From assembly GCA_964016885.1 (NCBI GenBank), contig OZ024740.1, forward strand, positions 62,930,001 through 62,994,000: a stretch of 64,000 nucleotides of DNA, written 5' to 3'. Source of the DNA: Eledone cirrhosa. Taxonomy: Eukaryota. Under the pieces are notes generated by a model. That model ran no database searches. It worked only from the letters and a program-made list of their open reading frames with translations, and had not been told where the DNA came from. Below are positions 28,806 to 43,261 of the stretch, one piece after another (position 1 is the stretch's first letter; every line of letters begins with the position of its first letter). The position numbers and the translations under genes were made by a program.

Positions 28806-30391
28806 CATACATATATACATACACATACATATACACATATATACATACATATATATATATAAGCACTTTAATACATGAATACACTTACATCTAACTATAC
28901 ACATCAAACATATATATATATTTACTTATTTATATACATTTTCACATATATATACATACTTATGGACGTTTTTAGACACATTCATTATCGCATATTTGTA
29001 CCTATTCTCATCAGCATATCTTTTCATTATTAGTATGGTAATTTAAGGTTATTAATATATGTTGAGAAGAGATTGTTTTTATATTTTTCTAACTAGATTA
29101 AGGTTTATATAGTTGGGGGATGTCCCTCTTTTATGTAATATTCGGCTTGTAGTGGGAAAAAAGGGTTTTAGTTCTGTGACGGCAGAATAATGTTCGTTCA
29201 ATTCTGTTATTCAGCAGTTTCTTCTTGTGTGTGATTATGTAATAAATCTCAAGATTACATAATTTGCAGAAATTTTGGCTCCTGGAAAAGCTTTGGGTTT
29301 TAGCTAATTTTTCCCATTTTAGGGTAAACTTTTGGTCGCTATCCCTGAGCGTCCAAGCTTTTTCTGCTAAAGTTGTTACATTTCTTTGGCTCTGGTGTTT
29401 TATTGAGTAAGAATGCCTATACAATCGAGATTTAAACGATGTTGCCGTTGATCCCACGTAATACCACTCGTTGCCTCCGGATTTAATGGTACACTTATAA
29501 ATAATTTTTTTTTCCAGGCAGTTATTGCCGAGGGGGCAGTTGTCAGGATAGGTGCAGTTACAGTTGTGTACGTTGGGTTTTCTCTGGAGTAGTATTGCGG
29601 ACGAACTTAGGTGTGGTTTATTTATGTTCTGTAGTGTATTGTCTACTGTTTTTTTTTTTTTGTGTTCTTTGTACTTAAGTTCTTAGTGTTTTCGTTTAAC
29701 CTTCTAGTATTGATCTTTTTTATGTGTTGTTCAAGGTTTAACGCTGTAGAGTATGACAGTCTTATAGTGGTAGGGTTTAGGATTTTGTGGTATTTGTGTG
29801 ATGTGGGAAAATGTCTTTTAATTATTTTAAAGAGGAGTACTGGTAAATTTGTACTAATGGAGCTATTGTATTCGGGGTTATACCATAAGTACTCTTTGCA
29901 TCGCTTTCTATTAGTTTTGTTTGTTGGTTTACTGGTGTGCATACTATGGTAGTAAGTGTGGTTTGGTGTTGTGTTATTATATCTGAATAACAGAATTGAA
30001 CGAACATTATTCTGCCGTCACAGAACTAAAACCCTTTTTTCCCACTACAAGCCGAATATTACATAAAAGAGGGACATCCCCCAACTATATAAACCTTAAT
30101 CTAGTTAGAAAAATATAAAAACAATCTCTTCTCAACATATATTAATAACCTTAAATTACCATACTAATAATGAAAAGATATGCTGATGAGAATAGGTACA
30201 AATATGCGATAATGAATGTGTCTAAAAACGTCCATAAGTATGTATATATATGTGAAAATGTATATAAATAAGTAAATATATATATATGTTTGATGTGTAT
30301 AGTTAGATGTAAGTGTATTCATGTATTAAAGTGCTTATATATATATATGTATGTATATATGTGTATATGTATGTGTATGTATATATGTATG

Positions 30392-30422
<31 letters not shown>

Positions 30423-30863
30423 GTATACACATGAGCGCGTATGTATGTACATGAATACATGTGTGTATATATATGTGTATGCATGTGTATATATATGTAA
30501 GTATGAATATGTGAATTGTGAGTATATGTATTTTGTAGAGGTGTGCAAATATATTTGTGTGTGAATGCGTGGGTGAAAGGATACGTACACTTGAAAGAAA
30601 AATTTAAGTCTGAATGTTAATTAAGTGCAAACACAAAACCAACCACGCATATCTTTACTATCTCTAATCCTTCTATAGATTTAGAAAAATAACCAATAAT
30701 ATATTCTATAAAAAATGTCAAAACAACAGATGGGAATCTAATTACTCACTGCCACCAAGAATTCTCACTGCTATCGAAAAACCACTCCTTCAACTATTCT
30801 TCCAACAACTTCACCCCTCCCTCCTAATATTCTCTATAAAAAATAAATAGGTCCTCAGTAATA

Positions 30864-30980
30864 TTATTCTGATGAAATGACAGTAAATAATAACATTGAA
30901 ATATTGAATGTCTGCATAACTAAAAGTTTGTAGATAGCTGTTTTAGGTTATGTAACTGTTATAGAAACACGTGTCAATAA
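30864..30980 (+). ncRNA. Type I hammerhead motif, very long stem II
   Basis: ttatt-CTGATGA-a-atgacagt...actgttat-a-GAAAC-acgt-GTC-aataa. Confidence 0.72.
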
Positions 30981-31035
30981 ATTCCTTTCAACTAAACTGT
31001 ATCCATTCAAATCTTTCTATATATATATATATATA

Positions 31036-31754
31036 ATATAGAGGTTTACATATACATAAACTAGACAGAGCCATAGATATACATATATATATATGTGTGG
31101 CTCAATGACGAATTAATTAATTAAATAATCAAAAATCTGAGCAATATATAAGAAAGTAAGTCCATAGAATCATTTGATAAAATATATACAGTATTTCTCC
31201 TCCCAATCAGCATAATCAACCACACAAGAAATCAATTAAACGAGGCTATAAGTTTAAAATGTATCTATGAAGAAACAATAGATAAATAAACAATAGCTAT
31301 TTTATCCGCGATCCACATCCACAGAAGATTTACCTAGTATTTCTAATAGCCCGTAGAAATTGACTAGACATATAGTTAACCATACACAAATAGGTACAAA
31401 ATCAAAGTTAGAAGAAAAAATGTACATAAACATACCAAAATTATGTTTCTACCCCATGCGGTTTCATTCGCTTTTTGGAAATATCCGATCATGGATAAAT
31501 CAACGAGTTTCGAAATCATCAGGAAACAAACTCAACTGGGCTAAGATTTTTCTTAAATGATCCACGCCAGAAACGAATTCAAAATGGCTAAGAATTGTCA
31601 CATGGCCAATGGTCAAGTTAGAAAGCTTGTGATTGGTGCCTGACAGCGAGTGGGCTGGTTGCTAGAAGGCGCAGCCGAATACTGCCTAAAGTTTTACTCA
31701 ACCTTACGGGTGTATATAAAATATAGAGGTTTACATATACATAAACTAGACAGA

Positions 31755-31839
<85 letters not shown>

Positions 31840-32087
31840 TTGGCAACCATTCACGGTGTGGCTCAATGACGAATTAATTAATTAAATAATCAAAAATCTG
31901 AGTAATATATAAGAAAGTAAGTCCATAGAATCATTTGATAAAATATATACAGAATTTTCTCCTCCCAATCAGCATAATCAATTTTATCAAATTTTATCAG
32001 ATTTATAAGATTTTTTTGTGGTTGATTATGCTGAATGGGAGGAGAAATACTGTATATATTTTATCAAATGATTCTATGGACTTACTT

Positions 32088-32090
<3 letters not shown>
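31036..32090. mobile_element. TA-embedded element with direct and inverted terminal copies
   Basis: 31036-31220 repeated at 31720-31980 (microsatellite expanded); ~32015-32088 is an inverted copy. Confidence 0.55.
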
Positions 32091-32123
<33 letters not shown>

Positions 32124-32128
<5 letters not shown>

Positions 32129-32315
32129 AACCAGTAAGACCCCGACAGCTGAGCTCAAGCCGTTTCGACGGCTAATTCTGGACTGAATTAGCCGTCGAAA
32201 CGGCTTGAGCTCAGCTGTGGGGGTCTTACTGGTTCCTATTACCCACTCTACTACCTCAAGTATTGAGTACTTTGGTGCGTTATGGTCCACCTGGTTCCTT
32301 ACCACATTTCCTTCG

Positions 32316-32316
<1 letters not shown>
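32124..32316 (+). mobile_element. PLE-terminus family D fold-back
   Basis: Arms 32124-32178 / 32185-32239 with 6-nt spacer; (TA)n on both sides. Confidence 0.65.
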
Positions 32317-32388
<72 letters not shown>

Positions 32389-32851
32389 TGAGATTTTTAC
32401 AGGACTAGAACTGTTTCATTCTTTAGAAATCATCAAGAATCTGGCTTTCCAAAAATAAATGTAGTGGTATTTATATCTTTTCAGGTGGTAGGAGAAGGTT
32501 GGGAGTGGGATGGGTGGAGGTCATTGGTTGAAAGAAAAGGGAATTCATTAAAAGCTAATTCTTTAAGTCTATAGTTTATATTTAGAGTGACAACGGCAGA
32601 AAGGATTCTATAAACAGGTTCAGAATGGTGTTCCACTCCTTATTTTTAAGTTTCTCTTAAGTTAACAATGCCTATATTTCAGGTGTCTATAAGGTGGTTG
32701 TAGGTCGGTCATGGTTGATGGATTTAAAGAAAAGGGAAATTCTTTAAAAGCCAAGAGAATTCTATAAACCAGTTTAAAATATTGGGTGTCTATCATTATT
32801 GTCATATTTCTCTTAAGCTATATTCTAGGTGTCAACAGACACATTCCCATA

Positions 32852-32993
<142 letters not shown>

Positions 32994-33072
32994 TACATAT
33001 ATGCATATATATATATATATACATACACACACATACATATACATATATATATATATACACATACATACATAC

Positions 33073-34669
33073 TATAGATATGCGAGGGAGGGAAGCATTT
33101 ATCTAAGGCCCTAAAGAATAGTTTAGGAATATTATTAGTAATAGATAGAGAAAAAGGACCATTATACCAAATCATATTTTTGTATCTAGGTCTTTTATTT
33201 AAGTTATTGGAATGTTCATAATTAACTATTTTACTATAAGTCCTTCGATGATTGGTTTCTTTACTGTATTTAATTTTATCAGGATAACCGGCTTTCGAAA
33301 GCGCATTATTATAGTAATTGGCATTAGCGTTGAAGATAACTTTATTAGAGGATAGATTTGAGATTCTTTTTTCAATATTACTGACTATAGCATTTTTAAC
33401 GTTAGTGGGGTGGTTAGATTTAAAATTAACATACTTTAGATTCTCATTGTTTTTATGGTAAGGGTAATATATGCCAGTGTCAAGATTAAGGGATATATCC
33501 AAGAAGTTAGCTAGTTTGACGTTGTTATCAAATTCAATTTTAAGGTTATGGTGCTTAAATAGATCAAGTATATTGTTCTTAATAATATTAAGGTTAACTA
33601 AGTTACAGTTTAAGAGAGTAAAAAGGGCATCGTCACGATAAATTCCACCGCGAAGTTGAGGAATTTTCCGATTTAAAGAATTCAAAATAAAGATACCAAT
33701 CAAGTCCGTCAATTGCGATGAATCGGAAGCACCCATTGTGATATCAAAATTGTTGGAAGTATCCATTTTTCCTCATATTATTGGCCATAGAAACTATATT
33801 TTTTAATATATAATAATATTACCATTAGAAAATGTTTGTAAACATATAATATACCTTTTGAGGTTAGATATTTTTTCTTCCTTAAATTCTCTTTTTTCTT
33901 CTCTCCTTCCGTGCTCGTTTTAAACCTATTATTTACTTTTACATATTACAATACATAAAAACAAACTTAAACCCTAACTAATTCCTCTAAGTTCATAATT
34001 CATTTATTCTTCTCCTTCTTTCACATTATATACTTAATATCATTAATATTTTTATTTTAATAATACATATTAATAAATTCTTTTTTTCGCACATATTATT
34101 AAACGCTTCAATATATAAACCTTAAATTAATACTATTCTTAATTCCTTTATCTTTAATCATAAACATCAACATCCATAAACCTCATTAACTTTTAATTTC
34201 AAAATTTTTTAAAATTATCTATTATCTTCCAACGGTTTCTTAATTTCTCTCTGTGAGACAATGTTTTCTCAGTTGTAAAGGCTATTTCTCTCTCTCTATC
34301 ACTCATTTCTCCTCCTCTCTCACCCTTCCTTCTTATACTCCTCCCCCATCATCCTTTATTTTCTTTCTTCCTCTTCCTTACCTTTTCCTATCCCCCTCTC
34401 CTTTTTTCCCAATCTCATATATCCATCTTACTTTATTTTACATATGTTGATTTAAAACTTCACTGGTCACAAGTGTTTTTTAAGCTTTATATCATGTTTC
34501 CCTATTTTATCTGATGAGAACGCAAATATCATCCCATGATGACATTTGTTTATAAATTACTTGGAACTCTTTTAACCATCTTTTGATATTATATTATATA
34601 TATATATATATATAATATATTTTAAAAAAATAAGACTCCAGTTGCATTTTTGATTTCATTACCTTTTTT

Positions 34670-34675
<6 letters not shown>
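33073..34675 (-). mobile_element. Penelope-like element RT fragment (Naiad-like) with probable inverted 3' end
   Basis: [10 protein letters not shown]...GGIYRDD...FLDISL...PYHK...SNHP...WYNGPFS in 33073-33766; plus-strand 33780-34675 begins with an ENVCKH-like ORF end and holds CTGATGA at 34511. Confidence 0.85.
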
Positions 34676-34756
<81 letters not shown>

Positions 34757-34885
34757 AAAGTTTTATTTAAAATTGTTGGGTTACAACGAATAAATATTTT
34801 ATAACTGATATAAAGCACTCAACAAGTTTTGGAGTAGATATACGATATTAAACAAATGGAAACTATATTTATAAAACCATATTTA

Positions 34886-34947
34886 TTTCATTATACATAT
34901 TTCAGGGATACCATATTAGAAATATGGCATGCCTTCTTCAGATAAAA
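34886..34947 (-). ncRNA. Type I hammerhead motif
   Basis: Exact reverse complement of 35089-35150. Confidence 0.72.
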
Positions 34948-35088
34948 TACAATATATAAGCAGTTTTATAAATAAATTTGACGTACCATAAATATTGTTC
35001 AACTTCCATTTAAAAAAGTTTTTTAAATGGAAGTTGAACAATATTTATGGTACGTCAAATTTATTTATAAAACTGCTTATATATTGTA

Positions 35089-35150
35089 TTTTATCTGAAG
35101 AAGGCATGCCATATTTCTAATATGGTATCCCTGAAATATGTATAATGAAA
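35089..35150 (+). ncRNA. Type I hammerhead motif
   Basis: ttttat-CTGAAGA-agg.atgccatatt(tct)aatatggtat.cct-GAAAT-atgt-ATA-atgaaa. Confidence 0.72.
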
Positions 35151-35192
35151 TAAATATGGTTTTATAAATATAGTTTCCATTTGTTTAATATC

Positions 35193-35233
<41 letters not shown>

Positions 35234-35493
35234 CAGATTGAAGAATAACATGGTCGGCTGTACAACAAGGGGTTTTATTTAATAAAACCCCTTGTTGTAC
35301 AGCCGAACATGTTATTCTTCAATCTTTCACTATTATTACTCCAAGTATAACCTATAATTCTCGCGAACTCGCTACCTAACTATGGAAACATCTTGTTGAT
35401 TCAAACAAAGCCGTACGTTAAAACTATCCACAATACAGAATACTCACAACCTCTAACTGGATTACCTATAACGTACAATAATAACTTGTTATC

Positions 35494-35572
<79 letters not shown>

Positions 35573-35615
35573 ATAATACGAAAAATCAGTGATGCATCTG
35601 GATTCAATTTATTGT

Positions 35616-35704
35616 GTGTTACAATTGTTTCGCCAGCAGACAGCTCAAGACACGATCATTGTATGGATCTGTCTGATTCTGGAAACTGCAGGTTCGTCGG
35701 ACAC
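35616..35704 (-). ncRNA. Type I hammerhead motif, long stem II, variant core
   Basis: Reverse complement: gtgt-CCGACGA-acctgcag...ctgctggc-GAAAC-aatt-GTA-acac followed by AATAAA. Confidence 0.6.
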
Positions 35705-35995
35705 TGGCAATAATTCCGGATCAAATTTTCGCACTGGGGTGGTAGCGTTAAAAAACATCTCCCTCGCTTGTCCTGCTGTTGGCTGTTGTTTTTCTACGTC
35801 ATCAAAAATTCTGGCCAATAGTTGCAGTCAGACTGTCCATCAGCTACCCATTGCCTGACAAACTTCAATGAATTCATGGTGGGTTTGGTATTTCACAAGT
35901 TCACTCGAACACACATATACACATATACCCACACACATACATACACATATACACATACACACAAATATGCATACATACACATATATACCTATACC

Positions 35996-36123
<128 letters not shown>

Positions 36124-36391
36124 CCCAGACTCACATACACACACACACACACACACACGCAAACAACCATATAACTAACAACATACGCGTCCACAGACTC
36201 CTGCCTACATGCTCGCGTACATCAGCTCTCACACGCACGCATACGCGCGACACACAGACACGCACACGTATACATGGACACACACATGCATACGCGTATA
36301 TCTGCTCATATACACAAACACGTACAGACATATACACACGTGTCCGTATATAGAGTAACAAAGACAGACTCGCTCCCAAACACACATATAC

Positions 36392-36533
<142 letters not shown>

Positions 36534-36825
36534 ACACACACACTCTGACTCATATACATTCATACAAATACGCATCCAATTACCTCCGTGCCCACGTACA
36601 TCTACAAAGATACATACACGCACACCTATATCTGTCCGTACTCAAATATGATATACTTACAGTCATATAAAACTGCACAATGGGTCGTACAGGGTCATCC
36701 ATGAAAGGATGCATCTTGTTATACACATGCACAAATATAAACAATGTAACCAAATACATAAATCCATACACCTACATGCTTACACACATATAAATAAATA
36801 AATAAGTAAATAAAAAAGTAAAAAA

Positions 36826-36877
<52 letters not shown>

Positions 36878-36921
36878 ATATATATATATATATACATACA
36901 TGTATATATATATATATATAT

Positions 36922-39880
36922 ATGAAAAACATGGGGAGAAGAATACTGCATGGTTACACATGGATTACATATTATAAAATTAGTCCCTCATCAGTGATTT
37001 GCCAACGATCATTGGTATTTCATCGCATTAAAAATCATATACCTCAGGTTGGTGCGAGCAATAATTAAATAAGCTATTGGGACAAGTGAAACGCGTAAAG
37101 CGAGTGAGACAAGTAAACAACATAGAAGGAAAAGCTAACCGAAGATGGGAAGAAAAACAAGCAACATGGTTATCCGATCAGCATAAGCTGGGTGAATTTC
37201 ATGAGCGCTCAGCAAACAGACCTTTCGCTGTGAATGGGATGTGAGAAAGAAAGAATCCGACTCCTAGCGAACGGGAGGAAGTGAGAAGGGGAGAAACAGA
37301 GAGTGAGTGAGTGGAAGTGCGAGGAAGAGGTCAGTCGAGAGAAAGTGTTAACTGACAGAGGGGACGAAAGAAGGTAAGAGAAACAGAGAGAACGGGGGAG
37401 CAGTAAGAGAGAAAGAGAGAAACAGATAATCGCAGTTTAGGTAAATATATGAAAAACATGGGGAGAAGAATACTGCATGGTTGCACATGGATTACATATT
37501 ATAAAATTAGTCCCTCATCAGTGATTTGCCAACAATCATTGGTATTTCACATATATATATACATACACATACATATATATAAATATATACACACACACAC
37601 ATAGACACACACATATATATGTGTACATACACAAACATACATACACATCTATAAAAAAAAACCTACAATATACTAAAATATAAGTGTAACGTCATACATT
37701 AAAATAAGTATCTAGTACTAAACATGCACAGATATAAACATTATAATCATATACATACATCCATACGCATTCACGTAACATATACATATATAACTCTCTA
37801 TACATACACACACATATATATATATACATACACATACGCATACACATATACACACATATAAAAACAATAAAATAAATCTACAATATATTAAAATATGCAT
37901 ATAACGTCACATAGAGATCTATAAAAAAAAAGAGAGGAGAAAGAAGAAGGTACGTGTATGCGTATGATATACAACACATGGGGAGTATGAGATGCATACG
38001 CATACGCATATACACACATATAAAGACAATAAAATAAATAAATATACAATATATTAAAATATGCGTATAACGTCACATAGAGATATATTAAAAAAAAAGA
38101 GGAGAAAGAGGTACGTGTACGCGCATGATATAATACACATGGGGAGCATGAGATGCACGCTTATGTCTGTATACGGAACAAACAATATGTGCTCCAAAAT
38201 CGAACAGGTGGAGAGAATGTATTCACGATTGAAAAGGTACACATGTGCGGGGGTGCGTAGCCCGGTCATATTGGAGTATGTGACTGTGGTTGAGGTATGT
38301 TGTCCTATAGCTGTAGGTATTTGACTGAAAGACTGTGGAATCCGGGTCAACATGTCCCGGCTCAGGCGATGTTCCTGCCTAGGGTGACGTTCAGAGTCGG
38401 GTATGCATCTTGGGTTATTTTGGTTTACCCCACGGGGCATATATTGTCATCAGGGTATGGTGTCTGATCCCTTGAATCCGTTTCGTCGTTCTGGTCGTCG
38501 CATGCTCCGCCACGAGCCCTTAGCCTGGGCTTCCCGGAGGATTCCATGTCTGCAGGTCCTAATAATTTCCGCTTTCAGGTTGACCGCATCATCCGTCTCT
38601 CTGACTATTTCCATGGCCTCGTATAGGCATAGGCTACACTTTCTACTTCCAGCCGAGTATGCATTCACGTGCCGAACGATACTCCAATCAAGTGCGTACG
38701 AGGAGCCTTTGTCTTTCAGGTCCCACGCCAGGTCCGCTAGCCTAGTGGAGTGCCTCTTACTACGGTCCTTGAAGGAGTTCGTGTGGTTATACATCTGCAA
38801 TTTAAGGACGTGGATGTTGCGCCGATGTAGGTGCGCTTTACATTGTGGGTGTTAACCACACATTTTTATACCAGGCTCTTCGTAAGGCATCTTCCCTGTA
38901 GGGGGCACTGGGTGCCCGCTCTGCAGTTACATGTTCTGTCGTTGTTTTTTTTGTTCACTTTGGACGCCTGGCCCTCGATCTGCTAGGGCCCTCTCCCGAT
39001 TCTCAGGGTGTTGTTCCGCCGGAACGATGGTTACCCCCTCCGCCACTCGTTCCCTCCTGGCGGCCGCCGCGGGGGCCGGGTTGTTATTAGAAGGCCGGTC
39101 CCCGAAGGGTCCTCCACGCTCCGATGGACGGTCATATTGCCGCCGCGTTGGTTTTGGACATGTACTCGGCCATGTTAGGTGCTGTGGAGAGAAAAACTTC
39201 ACCGTGTGGCGGCTGAAAATCTAGTGGTATTTGTTCGACGGCGGGAAGGACTCGTCTAACGCTTGGAAAAACATCGCTACTGTTTGTCTCTTTAAAGCTA
39301 TGTGGTGCTGCTGTCGGGGCTATACAACTACTACCAGGCCGAGTGTTCCCTCTAGCGGGTGCCACGGCCGTACTTGTCGTTATCCTGTCCCTAGTTCCAG
39401 TTACCGCGATGCATGTAGTGTTCGTGCCGGGCCCATGCCTACGTGTACTGGGTGGTCTAGCGCCCATGCGTGCCTTAGTCCGTCCTATTGTCAGTCCAAT
39501 GTCATTAAGGTGAACTGTGTTGCTACTCGTGTTCTCGGAGGTTAGTACCGGGCCCTTTCTTCTACCTATGGAAGTGCCACCGCTATTGCCGTATCCGCAT
39601 GCCTCGGCGCTAGGCTCATCCCTGTCTGGGGTGTACACTATGCTGTCTGTGTAACCGGCCCTGCGCAGTGCCTCATTATAATAGTCGGCGTGCTGTTTAA
39701 ACACGTCTGCGTTGGCCGACAGGGTGGATACGCGTTTCGATACCCCTTTAACTATTGCTTCTATGACTGACCTGGGGTGGTTCGATTGCCTGTTCACATA
39801 TTGCAGGTTCTCATTGGGCTTGTGATAAGGTCGGTGGATGCCCGTATTCATTTGCAGGGTAACGTCCAGGAAATTCACTG
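36922..39880 (-). mobile_element. Penelope-like element (Naiad-like), degenerate, with direct terminal repeat
   Basis: NFLDVTL..PYHKPN..SNHP (39132-39878), CNCR..QCPL..C (~38890-38930), STRLADLAWDLK..CSLCLYE..TCRH (38450-38800); 36922-37020 repeated at 37449-37549. Confidence 0.85.
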
Positions 39881-40220
39881 TTAAGACAGGGGGGAAGAAA
39901 AAATGGCTTCACTTGTGCTTTCAACAAATTTATTTTCTTCACAAAATCCCAAAAGAATTTTTCTTAAAAGAATTATTTTATAAATTAAGTTGTTGGTTCA
40001 CATATTGCAGGTTCTCATTCGGCTTGTGATAAGGTCGGTGGATGCCCGTATTCATTTGCAGGGTAACAACCAACAACTTAATTTATAAAATAATTTTTTT
40101 AAGAAAAATTCTTTTTGGATTTTGTGAAGAAAATAAATTTGTTGAAAGCACAAGTGAAGCCATTTTTTTCTTCCCCCCTGTCTTAATATACCTAACTGTA
40201 CCAAGGATTACACACATTTT

Positions 40221-40370
<150 letters not shown>

Positions 40371-40385
40371 CATATATATATATAC

Positions 40386-40429
<44 letters not shown>

Positions 40430-40580
40430 ATACTTTGGGAGGGTCGTGTTGCCAATAAGAAACACTCACACCAGTTGCTTTCACTCCAATTTATTATAAA
40501 TTAAATTATAAATTTAAAAATTTATAAATATCCGGTTGGCTGGTTGGTTGGTTCCACAACCGGACGGTTGTTCATATATT

Positions 40581-40623
40581 GTCAAAGTTCTTTCGTCACA
40601 CATTCTGTGACCTCTTCAGTGAC
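40581..40623 (-). ncRNA. Type I hammerhead motif (family C)
   Basis: Reverse complement: gtca-CTGAAGA-g-gtcaca(gaatg)tgtgac-GAAAG-aa-CTT-tgac. Confidence 0.7.
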
Positions 40624-40759
40624 TGGGATTCTTTTCTTTGTTTTGTGCCTCTCCTTTGTTCTGTCCTACGCCATCTTGTTTTTGTGTGTGTTGTGTGCTT
40701 AGTTTGCGCATGTGTTACATCCGGGTGTCTGTGTGTGTTTTTATTTGTTTATTTACTTG

Positions 40760-40832
<73 letters not shown>

Positions 40833-40887
40833 TTTAAGCAAAGAATCGCACCGATTCTTTGCTTTAATCTGTTATTTTAATAATTAT

Positions 40888-40929
<42 letters not shown>

Positions 40930-41084
40930 TTAAGAGTTTATCTAATTTACTCTTCATGAGCAACAATGTTAATGTATAAATACACCGTTTTCACGCTTGT
41001 GTACACACACATATACTACATACGTACATACATACATATGTATGTCTATATCTATCTCGCTTTCTCTCTTTCTCGTTCTCTCTC

Positions 41085-41164
<80 letters not shown>

Positions 41165-41179
41165 TACTTCTCATATTTA

Positions 41180-41697
41180 TATATATATATTTTTTCCTCA
41201 GCTGCGTTTGTGTTTCTTTCTTACTACTTCTCCCCTCTCTCTGTATCTCTCACCTTCTTTCGCCCCCTCTGTCAGTCACACTTTCTCTCGACTGGCCTCT
41301 TCCTCGCACTTCCACTCATTCACTCTCTGCTTCTCCCCCTCTTACTTCCTCCCGTTTGGCCTGTGTGGGGTCCTTTCTCACTCACATCTCAACCATGTCG
41401 GATGGTCTGTAATCTCTCTCGCCCATGAAATTCACCCAGCTTAAGCTGAATAGATATCATGTACTTGTTTCTTCCTATCTTTCTGTTGCAATACCATCTT
41501 TGTTTGTTTACTTGTCTCGCTCGCTTTACGCTATATTACTTGTCTCAATAGCTTTATTTAGCTATTGCTCGCACCAACTAGAGGTATATGATTTTTAAAG
41601 CGATGAAATACCAATGAAAGTTGGAAAATCACTGATGAAGGACTAATTTTATTCATATGTAACCCATGTGCAACCACGCAGCACTGAATTCTTCTCA

Positions 41698-41700
<3 letters not shown>
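41180..41700 (+). mobile_element. Diverged 3' UTR copy of the 36922 PLE family, opposite orientation
   Basis: Reverse-complement similarity to 36940-37400. Confidence 0.65.
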
Positions 41701-41739
<39 letters not shown>

Positions 41740-42346
41740 GTAATTGACAAAACGCACATGACTACAATAATAGTCGAGCACTTTAAAAAATACTTGAAAT
41801 ATTGGCATGTGCAGAAGACAGCACTCTCTCAGTACAGAATTGCGTGTAATTAAGAATAAAAGTCTATATGAACACGTATATGATTAGGTTACGTATAATA
41901 AACAACCATTTAGTCTCACTTTAAATATCTTAAACCCTGATCATATCACAGCTCCCTCAGTGTGACGAATAAAGATATGTATTTCGACGCAGTGATTAAA
42001 TTGTTTTTACTAATGGTTTTTTGTTGACTCGAATTTATTTGTCTGATGCCAGTCACTCAAGTTAAGGGTACTCTACTGTAAAACAGTCATTAACAAACTG
42101 TGTTCACTTTGTCTTTCTGAATAGCACACCTAAGAAAGAATTGCCTCAAATTTCTTTAGTAATGCAGCCAGCCTTATGATGAACCATATCTCATGCGAGA
42201 CATTGCTCGAAAAAGTTTGCTCATGTCTGTTGTGTACTATGAGATGTCATAATGTTATGAGGTGGAGTTTTGTTGATCTTCTCCAAATACATACAATACA
42301 ACTAAAGGTGAGCGGAGTTGTCACCAAAACGTGATCGGATTCTCAC

Positions 42347-43200
42347 CAAAACATGACCTGCAGTTACCAAAGATCAAACTCATATTTCCTCTCGTTGCAT
42401 TGTTTAATATATTTTTATACTTTTTGAAATTGGGGAGTTCTCGCATATTCCCTTTGCGAAAACAATTTTCATTTGCGTCAATTAGTGTTAATTTATTTTA
42501 CATCAGCCATTAAAAAATATTAGACAACTCAGAAAAGTTTGATAATTACCGAACTTGTAAGTAAAATCAATAAGTAAGGAGAAGGTAAAGTACTGGGGTC
42601 GATATAAGTGATTAAACCATTGAAAGCGGTGTCCACACCACTACCGCTGCAATACCACACTACAATAACTGTATCCATTCAATCATTAATATTAATTATA
42701 CCAAGGACTCACGATCATAAGGTGGTAGGTTCGATTTCTGGAGCATGTGTGCGTTGTGTTCTTAAGCACGACGATTCATTTCGTCTTGATTTTCATGACA
42801 GAACTGGGGCCCATATCATTAAAACTACCGAAAAACCTCCAGTGTGATACAACCTCGTCGAATGACAGCTAAATCTGCATAGATGTGTGCTGTACCTCAG
42901 CTAGCTGACCTCTCCTGGGAAATAATTTGTCTAAAGTATTATCATGAATATTCTCAAATACCTAATGAAATGTGTTCATTACATTTTGTACTTTGTTGTA
43001 AAAGGAAATAACAATTAGAATATGTATTTAAATTTGCATAACGTTTTACACCTACAGATTGTTATACGATACTTGATGACGTTTCCAACTTTCATGTGGG
43101 CATGTAAACAGATATTTAACATTGATTTGTCTAGAAGTGTCTTCTGATTTATTGATTTTGTTTAGCTGACGATATTTTTTCTAGTAACTTTTGTACAAAT

Positions 43201-43261
<61 letters not shown>

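Larger units (their letters stand above)
27917..31020 (-). mobile_element. Penelope-like element (Naiad-like), 5'-truncated, with 1-kb inverted 3' copy
   Basis: WYNPEYN...HFP..HKYHKILN..TIRLSYS, CNC...CPL..NC, IIYKC, YVGST, CKLCNLE, CRH; 28028-29214 is inverted versus 29983-31020. Confidence 0.88.

Noticed and set aside
31505-31530. Ultra-minimal hammerhead CTGATGA-tttc-GAAAC on the minus strand
   Set aside because: No convincing stem I/III pairing around a cleavage triplet
36960-37020. CTGATGA in the terminal repeat of the 36922 PLE (also ~37515, ~41632, ~30183, ~2356)
   Set aside because: A matching GAAA half with closed stems could not be found, so these are left as half-sites
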